Shown here: positions 20,377-29,873 of the stretch, piece after piece
Layout: each line of letters starts with the position of its first letter
Position numbering within the stretch: the stretch's first letter is position 1
Source: a bacterium
GTDB taxonomy: Bacteria; Patescibacteriota; Dojkabacteria; SC72
Length of the DNA stretch: 64,000 nucleotides
Reading direction: 5' to 3'
Assembly: GCA_021463465.1 (NCBI GenBank)
Contig: JAJTYH010000003.1
Coordinates: forward strand, 211,549 to 275,548
Notes under the pieces: generated by a model
What the model was told of the DNA's origin: nothing
Databases searched by the model: none
The model's input: the letters and a program-made list of their open reading frames with translations, nothing else
Translations under genes and position numbers: made by a program

Positions 20377-21339
20377 ATGTTAAAGTTTACTGAAATTGCG
20401 GTAAAAACTATTAATGAGAATGAAGTGATGGGAACTTATGAAGTTTCCCCTATCCCTAAAGGATACGGTAACACCTTGGCGAACTCGATTCGCAGAGTAT
20501 TGCTCTCAAGCATTCCTGGAAGCGCAGTTACCGCTATCAAGCTTAAAGGTGTAGATCATGAATATTCAACCCTTGAAGGCATTAAAGAAGATGTTGTCGA
20601 GATAATCCTTAACCTTAAGCAAGTTAAGTTTAGAATGGCATCAGATGAGCCTCAGACTTTAACACTTAAAGTTAAAGGCAAGAAGGAAGTTAAGGCCAGC
20701 GATATTGCAATGGCTAATGGTGTGGAAGTTACCACCCCTGATGTACATATTGCCACCGTAACAGCTGAAAAAGCAGAATTCAATATGGAAATCACTGTTG
20801 AAAAAGGTGTTGGTTACAGAGAAGCTAAGAATGATGACAGGAGTGAGATGGGAAAGATTATGCTTGATGCAGACTTCTCTCCAATCCGAAACGTTAGCTT
20901 TGATGTAAGTGATGCTCGTAAGGGTAAGGAAACTAACCTTGATTCCGTTCTCGTAAACATTACAACCGATGGAAGTATTGCTCCTAAAGTGGCTCTGATT
21001 GAATCAGCCAAGATTATACAAGAATTTCTTGGTAAAGTAATTGTGGCACTCGGAATCTCTAAGAAAGAAGTCGAAGAGATGGTCGCTAGTGCAAATGCGA
21101 TGCCTGAGCAGCCATCTGAGAACGGAAGCGTAAGTGATGAGGTCGGAAGTTGGAGAATTGAAGACTTACCTATTTCCAAGCGATCTAAATCAGGTCTTTT
21201 GGCAGGTGGGTTTCAAACTGTTAATGATTTAGCAAATATTAAGAAAGCAGACCTTTTGGAACTTCCAGGTTTCGGGAGCAAGTCGCTTAATGAAGTGGTT
21301 GAATTAATGTCACAGTATGGAATTGAAATTAAAGAATAA
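20377..21339 (+). CDS. rpoA: DNA-directed RNA polymerase alpha subunit
   Basis: NTD with NSIRRVLLSSIPG; a CTD is present. Confidence 0.95.
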   Translation: MLKFTEIAVKTINENEVMGTYEVSPIPKGYGNTLANSIRRVLLSSIPGSAVTAIKLKGVDHEYSTLEGIKEDVVEIILNLKQVKFRMASDEPQTLTLKVKGKKEVKASDIAMANGVEVTTPDVHIATVTAEKAEFNMEITVEKGVGYREAKNDDRSEMGKIMLDADFSPIRNVSFDVSDARKGKETNLDSVLVNITTDGSIAPKVALIESAKIIQEFLGKVIVALGISKKEVEEMVASANAMPEQPSENGSVSDEVGSWRIEDLPISKRSKSGLLAGGFQTVNDLANIKKADLLELPGFGSKSLNEVVELMSQYGIEIKE

Positions 21340-21341
21340 TC

Positions 21342-21851
21342 ATGGTTAAAGGACAGAAGAAACTAAAATTAGGACGCAAGGCATCTCATAAAAGAGCTTT
21401 GGTGAGGAATCTTCTGAGATCTCTTTTTACCACAGGTTATTTGACTACTACCACTGTGAAGGCTAAGGCTTTAAGGCAAGAAGCTCTCAGAGTCCTCGCT
21501 ACATTGAAAGTTGGAGGCATCAATAATCTGAGAAGCGTTTCTGTAACCTTGGGTACAAGAGAATTGGTAGAGAAAGTTGTGAAGTACTTAAATGAAAATG
21601 AGGCCAAGATCAAGGTTTTGAAAATCGGTTTTAGAGATGGAGATATGGCTCAGACCAGCAGAGTTACCTTAGTAGGGTATAATGTGAAGAAAGAGGCCAA
21701 GAAAGCTGAAAAGAAAGCTGATGATAAGAAAGAGAAAACTGAGACTAAAAAGTCAGAGAATAGAGTTGCGGATATAGTTAAGAATGTAGGAAAGAATGTG
21801 CGTAATGTAGTTACACCTAAACAGAGGGCAACAAGTAGATCAGGACTTTAA
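21342..21851 (+). CDS. rplQ: 50S ribosomal protein L17 with Lys-rich C-terminal extension
   Basis: L17 core MVKGQKKLKLGRKASHKRAL; about 50-aa K/E-rich tail. Confidence 0.88.
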   Translation: MVKGQKKLKLGRKASHKRALVRNLLRSLFTTGYLTTTTVKAKALRQEALRVLATLKVGGINNLRSVSVTLGTRELVEKVVKYLNENEAKIKVLKIGFRDGDMAQTSRVTLVGYNVKKEAKKAEKKADDKKEKTETKKSENRVADIVKNVGKNVRNVVTPKQRATSRSGL

Positions 21852-21855
21852 TACT

Positions 21856-22296
21856 ATGATAAAAACACGTTGGACAAAAACTGAAGATGTAAAACGAGAT
21901 TGGCATTTAATTGATGCTAAGGACCAAGTTTTAGGCCGTTTAGCTACTAGAATTGCTTCCTTGCTTATCGGTAAGAGTAAAGTAAGTATGGTGCCTAACT
22001 TAGACAATGGTGATTATGTAGTCGTTATTAATAGTGAGAAGATAAAGTTGACTAGAGGTAAGGAATTCAAAAAGATGTACTATTCTCACTCAGGATATCC
22101 TGGAGGATTTAAGGAATTGAGATTTGATGAGGTGATGAAACGTGATGCACGTAAACCTATTACTCTTGCAGTAAAGCGAATGTTGCCAAGTAACAAGTTA
22201 AGAGCAGGAATGATTGCTCGACTGTTTGTTTACAAAGATGAAAATCATAAACACCAGGCCCAAAACCCTGTGGCAGTTAACTTAACCAAGTCATAA
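21856..22296 (+). CDS. rplM: 50S ribosomal protein L13
   Basis: WHLIDAKDQVLGRLA motif. Confidence 0.93.
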   Translation: MIKTRWTKTEDVKRDWHLIDAKDQVLGRLATRIASLLIGKSKVSMVPNLDNGDYVVVINSEKIKLTRGKEFKKMYYSHSGYPGGFKELRFDEVMKRDARKPITLAVKRMLPSNKLRAGMIARLFVYKDENHKHQAQNPVAVNLTKS

Positions 22297-22298
22297 TT

Positions 22299-22685
22299 GT
22301 GAAGTATTTTGAAGGAATAGGACGAAGAAAAACTACATCCGCACGGGTCAGAGTATACTCTGGCAAGTCAATGTCTACAATTAATGGTAAGGCTTTTGAT
22401 GAGTATTTTGGTGATAAATCATTAGGTAATGACGCGGTTAAGCCAATTTCAGTTGCAGGCCTCGATGGTAAAGTATATTTCACTGCTAAAGTTTCAGGTG
22501 GTGGAACTACTGGTCAAGTCGGAGCTGTAGCTCACGGTTTGGGAAGAGCGTTAGTAAAAATGGATGAGACCCTTAAGCCTGACCTACGAAAAGCTGGGTA
22601 TATCACAAGAGATCCTAGAATGGTGGAACGAAAGAAGTACCACCAAGTAAAAGCTCGAAAGAAGTCACAGTTCTCAAAGCGATAA
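22299..22685 (+). CDS. rpsI: 30S ribosomal protein S9
   Basis: S9 signature; C-terminal ...KKSQFSKR. Confidence 0.93.
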   Translation: MKYFEGIGRRKTTSARVRVYSGKSMSTINGKAFDEYFGDKSLGNDAVKPISVAGLDGKVYFTAKVSGGGTTGQVGAVAHGLGRALVKMDETLKPDLRKAGYITRDPRMVERKKYHQVKARKKSQFSKR

Positions 22686-22748
22686 CCCGTTTGTTTTACT
22701 TTCATTTTTGTGCCATATTATTTACGTGCTAATTTTTTAGTGTCTAAT

Positions 22749-23672
22749 ATGGAACTTAAGAAAAATCCTTTGTCAGTAGTAATGGTTCTGGCCGTTGGGC
22801 TAATCTTTCTTGGCGGTTTGGTGTATGTATGCCAAATGCTCTACTTTTCAGCTCAATCGAGTGTTGATACCTGGATTGGTGGAAAAGGTGAGGATGGTAT
22901 GGTATCAGAGTCTCCTTCAATGGCACCTTCACCTGATATGGATTATGTCGGTGGTGGCAGAGGAAACACGGGGAAGGATATGGCTATTGAACCTGGACTT
23001 GTGACCAATGGTGGTGATGGTTCAAAAATAGTGAAAAGTGCGAGTATGAGTATGACTGTTGCTGATTTTGATTCCACAGTTACTATGATTAAAGAACAGG
23101 TTAAAGCAGTCAGTGGTTTTGTACAGAATCTCTCCGATACAGCTACTGACAACAATAGACGAGTGATTTTGAGTGTACGTGTACCTTCAGATAAGTTTGA
23201 TGAGATGCTCGGCAAGATTAAGGCGTTAGGAGTAGAGGTAGAAGGAGTTTCTGAGAATTCAGATGATATTTCTGAGACCTATATGGATCTTCAGGCAAGA
23301 CTTAAGACTCAGAAGGCTCTGGAGAAGCAGTATCTTGAACTTTTGGATAAAGCCACAAAAGTAGACGATATTCTTGCCGTTCAAAGAGAGCTTGCAGTTG
23401 TAAGACAAAATATCGAGATGTATGAATCTCAAATGAAATTCTATGATAATCAGTCTGATATGTCCTACATCTCTGTATCTATGACCAAGGCTAGCGAGGC
23501 CTTAGATGTTACTGGAGACGGCTGGAGACCATTTGGAGTCGTTGTAGAGGCTTTCACGGCGCTTGTAGGATTTGGCAAAACGTTATTGACCCTTGCAATC
23601 TGGGTTTTGATATTCTCACCAGTGGTACTTGTACCTTACTGGATCTTCAAGATGGTGAAGAAAGAGAAGTAA
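22749..23672 (+). CDS. DUF4349-like membrane-anchored protein
   Basis: N- and C-terminal TM helices; central coiled-coil region resembling DUF4349. Confidence 0.45.
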   Translation: MELKKNPLSVVMVLAVGLIFLGGLVYVCQMLYFSAQSSVDTWIGGKGEDGMVSESPSMAPSPDMDYVGGGRGNTGKDMAIEPGLVTNGGDGSKIVKSASMSMTVADFDSTVTMIKEQVKAVSGFVQNLSDTATDNNRRVILSVRVPSDKFDEMLGKIKALGVEVEGVSENSDDISETYMDLQARLKTQKALEKQYLELLDKATKVDDILAVQRELAVVRQNIEMYESQMKFYDNQSDMSYISVSMTKASEALDVTGDGWRPFGVVVEAFTALVGFGKTLLTLAIWVLIFSPVVLVPYWIFKMVKKEK

Positions 23673-23702
23673 ACCTCAGCTTCAACTGAATTTAACTTGT
23701 TA

Positions 23703-23730
23703 CCGCCACACTTGTGGCGGTTTCGTTTTG
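23703..23730 (+). terminator. rho-independent terminator
   Basis: CCGCCAC-actt-GTGGCGG followed by TTTCGTTTTG. Confidence 0.5.
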
Positions 23731-23784
23731 ATTCATTCCTTTACTTCTTCAATTGCTGGTTATCCTATATAATCCAAGCAAGCT

Positions 23785-24300
23785 ATGTTTAATTATGTTT
23801 ACGGGATAAATAAAGACCTCAGAGATGTAGAACTGGCGGAAAGATTTTCAGGGTCTATTAGCAACGGTTTTTTAATACCTAATCAAAGAGTGCTTGAAGG
23901 TGTTGTTTATACTGGGGTAGAGGAAGAAGATTCATTGTTTGTTATTGACTACTTCCGAGAAAAACCTGTTTCATTCGAAAATAATCCAGTATTGAAAGGT
24001 GAGGTTACAAATTTTAACGCTTTTCTTGGTCACCTAAAAAATCGATCAGGATATTTACAGGTATTAAAGGAGGATGTATTTAGTGATGCGTTGGCGCTAA
24101 CTCAGAGCTTTTCGATGCTAGGAAAAGGGAACTTTTTCTACATATGTCAAGGTGGGTTCACGGAAGTATATAAACATAACGAGAGGCTTACTCATATTCA
24201 GATTGCCGCAGAAGAAGAAATATTTACTGTCGTAAGGGAGTTTTCTGAGGCCTCAAGGAGAACTGCTTTGTGGCAAAAGTGGCGTAATCGTTATAGGTAA
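23785..24300 (+). CDS. hypothetical protein
   Basis: 171-aa ORF in an AT-rich genome; no recognisable motif. Confidence 0.4.
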   Translation: MFNYVYGINKDLRDVELAERFSGSISNGFLIPNQRVLEGVVYTGVEEEDSLFVIDYFREKPVSFENNPVLKGEVTNFNAFLGHLKNRSGYLQVLKEDVFSDALALTQSFSMLGKGNFFYICQGGFTEVYKHNERLTHIQIAAEEEIFTVVREFSEASRRTALWQKWRNRYR

Positions 24301-24325
24301 AGTATAATTAGAGTGTAAGTATCCT

Positions 24326-24615
24326 ATGCAGTTGCTGTTACAATTTATGTAGCAGAGGAAAGTCCGGACTTCATTTCGGCTTCGTATTAACGAAGTAAGT
24401 ACCTGTGCGAGCAGGGTGGGAGTAATCTCACGGATAAAAGGGCAACAGAAAGTATACCGCTATCGCAAGATAGTAAGGGTGAAAAGGTAGTGTAAGAGAC
24501 TACCGGTCAAATAGCGATATTTGATGCATTGCAACCCCTATTTGAAGCAAGATACAACAAGTATCGCTTAGACAGATAGCTGCATAAAACAGAATTCGGC
24601 TTATGGGATGCTTAC
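24326..24615 (+). ncRNA. rnpB: RNase P RNA (bacterial, compact)
   Basis: P4 5' strand GAGGAAAGTCCGGAC; AAGGGTGAAAAGGTAGTGTAAGAGACTACC (P10-P12 consensus-like); 3' ACAGAATTCGGCTTAT (P4 3' strand). Ends are approximate. Confidence 0.8.
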
Positions 24616-24617
24616 AT

Positions 24618-25355
24618 TTAGTCAACTTCAATATATCGAAACCTCTCGTACTTTTTTCCGTTTTTCAAAAAATCCGTAAAAAAGTTTGCTGAGTCAGTTG
24701 CTTGTTCTACTGAATATTGAGAAGAATGTTTTGCGTGTGCCTGTATTCTGGTTTCCAAGAAGTCCGTTACCTCTATGCCTAATGTATCCAGGTGATTGTA
24801 ATAATCAACTAATAAAAGCTTTGTACATTTTGCAGGTTTGACAACATTATTTAGTTGCTCAGGGAAGAAATTTCTATCCCTTGAATATGGATATGCAGCA
24901 TCAATCGCTAATAGTCCAGTGTTTTGATGGTCACGGTGATTTACCCAATTAATCCCTTGTTCAAACCTTATTATTTTGTCTTCCGGATTGTGAGTTACTA
25001 ATACATCAGGTTGGTATTTTCTAAAAATTCTGGCCAATTTACTAATATTATCAACCGTGTATTCAACAGAACCATCGCCCAAATCTAGGTAAATAGAATT
25101 ATTTTCTGAAACGCCTAATACTTTCATTGAGGCTAAGTCTTCGTCTTTTCGCAAATGTCTTAATTGATCTTCAGGTATTAGCTCATCTCTAGAGCCTTTG
25201 TTACCCAATGTCATTTTGACACTGACGACTTTTATACCAGCCTGGATAAGTCTTGCTATTGTGCCACCTGCATATAATTCAGTATCATCCGGATGTGCAA
25301 AGACGCAGATAACTGTTTTTGCACCATCAAATATTTTATTAAAACTGTCTTCCAT
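24618..25355 (-). CDS. PIG-L/LmbE-family N-acetylglucosaminyl deacetylase
   Basis: VFAHPDDTELYAGGT motif. Confidence 0.72.
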   Translation of the reverse strand: MEDSFNKIFDGAKTVICVFAHPDDTELYAGGTIARLIQAGIKVVSVKMTLGNKGSRDELIPEDQLRHLRKDEDLASMKVLGVSENNSIYLDLGDGSVEYTVDNISKLARIFRKYQPDVLVTHNPEDKIIRFEQGINWVNHRDHQNTGLLAIDAAYPYSRDRNFFPEQLNNVVKPAKCTKLLLVDYYNHLDTLGIEVTDFLETRIQAHAKHSSQYSVEQATDSANFFTDFLKNGKKYERFRYIEVD

Positions 25356-25365
25356 AATTAAGAAT

Positions 25366-26283
25366 TTATTTTAAACTGTTAACTAAGTCTTTTACAAGTA
25401 CAGGACTTTTGCCCTCCAATTGTAACTCCAGCAACTCAAGAAAACCTTCTTTGGTTTTGAAGATTAGTTTCTTATTGATGACTTTGTAAGGTTGATTGTC
25501 CACGAAAGATAATTCAGAGATACAGGATTTGAGAAGTTTCGTTCTTTTTCCCTCGAACATAAACCAAGCTACCGGCCAAGGAATATAAGCTCTAACCATT
25601 CGTTCAATATACTCCGCAGTCATTTCTCCCCATTTGATTTCGGCTTTTTCTTTCTTTAGGTCCCGTTCATAACAGTATGTTGCTTGAGACTCATCTTGGT
25701 CATAGGCTTTAACCTTGCCGTTTACCCAATCAAATAAAATATTGGGTAAAGCTTTAGCACTAATCTCTACTAGCCTCTTTCTAAGTGATTCGTTCGTATC
25801 ATCAGGCCGAATTTCTTCCTTTATTATCTTTAAGATTTGCCCTCGATCAAATTTTTCTGACATTTTTTGGAAAGTTACGCCAGTTTCTTTTTCACCGTTG
25901 AGAATAGCTGCTTGAATAGGCACAGCGCCTCTATATTTGGGCAGGATTGAGAAATGAATATTGATGCTCTTGTATTTGGGATATTCCAGAAAGAAACCAG
26001 GAATGATTTCACCAAAGGCCTTGCAAACAATGAGTTCAGGCTGAAAATGGTCCAAAGCTTCTTGATATCTCTTGACATTGTTATCTGTCATGAATACTTC
26101 TATATCCTTTTCCAACGCGTACTGTTTAACTGGGGTTGGGGTTAGGACTAGTTTTCTACCAACAGGTCTGTCTGGTTGGGTGATTACAGCAATGATCTTG
26201 AAACGCTTGTCTTCATCTAAGACTTTTAAAGTTTCAAGAGATTCCCAATTGGTACCTATATACAAGACTTTTATTGGTTCCAT
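25366..26283 (-). CDS. fmt: methionyl-tRNA formyltransferase
   Basis: HFSILPKYRGAVPIQAAILNGEKETGVTFQKM and an N-terminal formyltransferase fold. Confidence 0.85.
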   Translation of the reverse strand: MEPIKVLYIGTNWESLETLKVLDEDKRFKIIAVITQPDRPVGRKLVLTPTPVKQYALEKDIEVFMTDNNVKRYQEALDHFQPELIVCKAFGEIIPGFFLEYPKYKSINIHFSILPKYRGAVPIQAAILNGEKETGVTFQKMSEKFDRGQILKIIKEEIRPDDTNESLRKRLVEISAKALPNILFDWVNGKVKAYDQDESQATYCYERDLKKEKAEIKWGEMTAEYIERMVRAYIPWPVAWFMFEGKRTKLLKSCISELSFVDNQPYKVINKKLIFKTKEGFLELLELQLEGKSPVLVKDLVNSLK

Positions 26284-26306
26284 CTGAGTATTTTAGCACA
26301 ATGTTC

Positions 26307-26936
26307 TTAGAAATCTTCAGTGGAGTATTCGCTTTCCGAAAAGGAGAGCTCTTTTTGGTCAAAGATTTGAAGAATGTCTTTAACTTCTTGTATGGGCTTT
26401 TTGAGGTAATCCCAAATATCTTGTTGCTTTACCCATTTATAGGTTCCTTCTTGGTTTTCGACCAACTCACCCCATGGGTTAATGAATCTACAAACAAAAA
26501 ATATTTTATCTTCCAATAACTTTTTCTCATTGTTATAAACGCGGTAATGTCGGATGCTGAAAAGTTCTGGCTCACCTACTAAACCAGTTTCCTCTTGAAG
26601 CTCACGTTTAGCTGCTTCTAAAATACTTTCACCTATTTTCACTTTGCCCGTAGGAAAACCTTGGTAGCTATAAAAAGGCGACTTCAAACGAGTATAAAGC
26701 AGGTACTCAGTTTCTCCGTTGTTTTCTCGTTGGCATGTCATTAGAACCGAAACTTTGGCTTGCTGTTCTATTGATGTATCTCCTAAATCCATCCGATTGG
26801 CAAGCTCCTTGCCTGATTCTGTCAGTACATATTTCCCTTCGACCTTAAGGACATAACCAGCTTTAGCTAATTGGTCTAAATGAAAAGTGAATTGGCTTCC
26901 TTCCATATCAACGGGTTTCATCTGTGAAAATTTCAA
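26307..26936 (-). CDS. NUDIX hydrolase with N-terminal winged-helix domain
   Basis: Nudix box GFPTGKVKIGESILEAAKRELQEETGL. Confidence 0.7.
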   Translation of the reverse strand: MKFSQMKPVDMEGSQFTFHLDQLAKAGYVLKVEGKYVLTESGKELANRMDLGDTSIEQQAKVSVLMTCQRENNGETEYLLYTRLKSPFYSYQGFPTGKVKIGESILEAAKRELQEETGLVGEPELFSIRHYRVYNNEKKLLEDKIFFVCRFINPWGELVENQEGTYKWVKQQDIWDYLKKPIQEVKDILQIFDQKELSFSESEYSTEDF

Positions 26937-26992
26937 GCCTTCTGAATAGAGCAGTTTCTGTAGAATTTTGAGTTGGAATTGATGGAATTCTT

Positions 26993-27724
26993 TTATGGTT
27001 TTATAAAGTTCATATTAAGTCTGTAAGGAGTTGTCTGTGAATTGATAAATTGAGGATATTTTATCACAAAGGCATCCGGAACCCCTGTCTCGAGTATAGC
27101 CTTTAATGTAAAGCCGTGTTTTGTAAAAGAATTGACGTAGGTTTGAAAAGTACGATTAATGAACGGAACTGTAAGATTATCGTTATGAGCAATGTTACCT
27201 TCAATTGTGATTTCGGAGAGGTAACCTTTATATTGTTGGAATTTTAAAAGACCTTGATGTTTTTCAGTCAGCCACTTAGCTGGATGTGTTACTGAAACAA
27301 TAAAATTGCCCTTTGGACTTATAATGTTAAAACATTGCCGAATTAATTTATCTAAGTCTTTGATGTACATCAGAGTAAGTTTTGCGGTAATTAATTCAAA
27401 TGTTCCACTAAACTGTGGAAAAGTATCCTCAAGATTGTGTTTTACAAAAGTAGCATTTGGATAGGTTTTTCTGGCGTACCTGAGCATCTTGTTGGAATTG
27501 TCTATGCCCATGACATTAGGGTAAATATTGGCTAGATCGTTAGTAAAGCGACCGTCACCACAACCTAGATCCAATGCATTGGAAATACCATTGGGGCAAA
27601 GACTAAGTATTGATGGGGTATTCACGTTCTTTTCGTAAGCAAATATTGACGTCTTATCTTGTTTGACGCTGTCAACATACTGCTCGAAAATAATGTCCCA
27701 GTAGTTTGTTGGCTGTTTTGACAT
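26993..27724 (-). CDS. class I SAM-dependent methyltransferase
   Basis: Motif I LDLGCGDGRF. Confidence 0.7.
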   Translation of the reverse strand: MSKQPTNYWDIIFEQYVDSVKQDKTSIFAYEKNVNTPSILSLCPNGISNALDLGCGDGRFTNDLANIYPNVMGIDNSNKMLRYARKTYPNATFVKHNLEDTFPQFSGTFELITAKLTLMYIKDLDKLIRQCFNIISPKGNFIVSVTHPAKWLTEKHQGLLKFQQYKGYLSEITIEGNIAHNDNLTVPFINRTFQTYVNSFTKHGFTLKAILETGVPDAFVIKYPQFINSQTTPYRLNMNFIKP

Positions 27725-27786
27725 GTTTGCAATCTTTTAAAAGAGCAGTTTTCGCCATAAGTATATGTCTGATAAGGTTTTATAAT

Positions 27787-27878
27787 CTAGTAAAGAGGAC
27801 TTTACTAGAAAATCGAGGTTTACTAAAGTAAACTTTACTAAATACTGCTTGACATACTTATTTGTTAAGGTAGTAAAC
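27787..27878. promoter_or_regulatory. cluster of palindromic TTTACTA/TAGTAAA operator-like motifs in a divergent intergenic region
   Basis: Perfect 9-bp inverted repeat CTAGTAAAG-agga-CTTTACTAG (27787-27808); GTTTACT-aa-AGTAAAC (27818-27833); further copies at 27835-27841 and 27872-27878; TTGACA at 27849-27854; TATAAT at 27781-27786. Confidence 0.45.
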
Positions 27879-27882
27879 GATT

Positions 27883-28830
27883 TTGGAGATCTCAACTCCT
27901 GAAAGTATTGTTAATGACTTGGCAGCTGTTCGTGGCCAACTAATTGACTTGCGTGAATCGAAAGTTCCAGACGATATGTCTTTCGGTGAATTGATATATC
28001 GTGCCACAAAGTTTGATAACTACTGGAGAGTTGGGGAAGTTACTGATTCCGACTTCCATGAGAATTGCGAAACTTTCCTCCGCGAGATAGTTCTTCTGGA
28101 AGAAAAAGTTAAAGAGGGTAACGCCGATGCAATAGGAGAACAGATAGGAGTGAGTCTTTTACTTGCTATACGGATTTTGGTTTGGAATTTCGGAATTGTT
28201 AGTCCACATGATTTGCTGTATGCAAAGTATTTAGCAAATGTAGATAAATACTTGATTTTGATGGCGGGAATGGAGGACATGGCTAATTTGAAGGCGCAAG
28301 TTGCACCTGAAATTTGGAAAGAGTTCCGAAAAGCAAACAAAAGTAACGACATTCACATGGAAAAGAAAAATGAATATCGTCATATATTGGATCTGATTGA
28401 TTCAAATAGCCGACCAACTTTTCCTTTCAACAGGGCAACTTTGAAGGCTTTCCATCTTGTCCAGCAGGAGTTTCTGATAAGAATGGGAAGGGACTTTTCT
28501 TTAGAGGAACTATGTTTTGAAGGAATGGTTGAGGAGTTGAAGGAGTTTGGGGAGGCGAGAGTCCTCCTTGAAAGTGATTTACGGGAGGATAGTCCTTGGA
28601 AGTTATTCTGTGCTTTCGAAGTCGCAGATGTTATGATTTATCTCACTCATATGCTCACCGTTATGGGTTTGGATATATCATCGGTGATAAAATCGGTCTC
28701 GGACCAAAAATATATTGAGACACTTGGGTTGGATGTGAGAACAGCCAGATGGAACCAATTTCTGAGACGTAAGAGATGGAGTAAATGGTTTGCATATACT
28801 AAATTACAATGGTTGAGTGAGTTTGATTAA
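27883..28830 (+). CDS. hypothetical protein with C-terminal MazG-like NTP pyrophosphohydrolase domain
   Basis: EELKEFGEA...FEVADVMIYLTHMLTVMGLD resembles the MazG EExxE/ExxD helices; TTG start. Confidence 0.4.
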   Translation: MEISTPESIVNDLAAVRGQLIDLRESKVPDDMSFGELIYRATKFDNYWRVGEVTDSDFHENCETFLREIVLLEEKVKEGNADAIGEQIGVSLLLAIRILVWNFGIVSPHDLLYAKYLANVDKYLILMAGMEDMANLKAQVAPEIWKEFRKANKSNDIHMEKKNEYRHILDLIDSNSRPTFPFNRATLKAFHLVQQEFLIRMGRDFSLEELCFEGMVEELKEFGEARVLLESDLREDSPWKLFCAFEVADVMIYLTHMLTVMGLDISSVIKSVSDQKYIETLGLDVRTARWNQFLRRKRWSKWFAYTKLQWLSEFD

Positions 28831-28832
28831 TT

Positions 28833-29873
28833 ATGAATAGTTTAGGGTTTGGAACAAAACCGATATTTATGCCTGATGCTACACGTGGTGCGGTCCGCGC
28901 GCTTACTACTGCTCAACTTAAGGCCACGGGTACTGACCATATAGTGGTAAATACGCTTCACCTATTGCTTTCTCCTGGTCCGGAGAGGGTTGCAGAACTT
29001 GGGGGTATAAAGAAGCTAATGAACTATGAGGGTACGGCCTTAAGTGATTCCGGAGGATATCAGGTATTTTCGTTACTTCATAGTAAAAAGTGGCAAGGAA
29101 AGATTACGAAGTTTGGTGCGGTATTCAAATCGCCTAAAGACGGTAGAAAACATGAACTTACACCCGAAAAGTCAATTGAAGTTCAAATGATGTTAGATAC
29201 CGATGTTATGGTAGTCCTCGATGATTGCAGAGACTCAAATGTCTCAAAAAAAGAGGCAGAGATAGCTGTTGAGTGGACATTAGATTGGGCAGACAAAGCT
29301 AAGCGACACTTTTTAAAGCTGGGACTGGATAAGAAGGGGAAATTGCTTTCTTGCGTTGTGCAAGGGGCAAGATTTCCTGAGTTAAGAGAGTTTTGTATGA
29401 AAGAGTTGATTAAGATAGGTTTTGATGGATACAACTATGGTGGAGTTGGAGGGTATGTCGTTGATAATAAAGGAGAATTAGCCTTGCCTGAAATGAAAGT
29501 TATTGCAGAGATGGTTCCTAAAGGTAAATTCCTTTATGCTATGGGTGTAGGGCGTCCACAAGATATCGAGTTTGCAAATAGAGAAATGGGCTGGAATGTT
29601 TTTGATACAGTTATCCCTACACGCAATGCTAGGCATGGTACATTGTACTGTGCAACTGAACCTGATGGAATTTTGCGGATTACACGCTCACGCTTTGCTA
29701 AGGATTTGCTACCGATTGAAAAAGGATGTGATTGCGAAGCATGTGTTAATTATAGTAGAGCATATATTCACCATCTACTTCGTAACGGCGAAATGACAGG
29801 AATGACCTTAGCAACTATTCACAACTTACGCTTCTATCAAAGATTAATGACCTCATTAGGAGGTAATTCTTAA
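28833..29873 (+). CDS. tgt: queuine/preQ1 tRNA-ribosyltransferase
   Basis: DSGGYQVFSL, VLDDC, GFDGYNYGGVGG, PTRNARHG; zinc site CDCEAC...HH. Confidence 0.85.
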   Translation: MNSLGFGTKPIFMPDATRGAVRALTTAQLKATGTDHIVVNTLHLLLSPGPERVAELGGIKKLMNYEGTALSDSGGYQVFSLLHSKKWQGKITKFGAVFKSPKDGRKHELTPEKSIEVQMMLDTDVMVVLDDCRDSNVSKKEAEIAVEWTLDWADKAKRHFLKLGLDKKGKLLSCVVQGARFPELREFCMKELIKIGFDGYNYGGVGGYVVDNKGELALPEMKVIAEMVPKGKFLYAMGVGRPQDIEFANREMGWNVFDTVIPTRNARHGTLYCATEPDGILRITRSRFAKDLLPIEKGCDCEACVNYSRAYIHHLLRNGEMTGMTLATIHNLRFYQRLMTSLGGNS

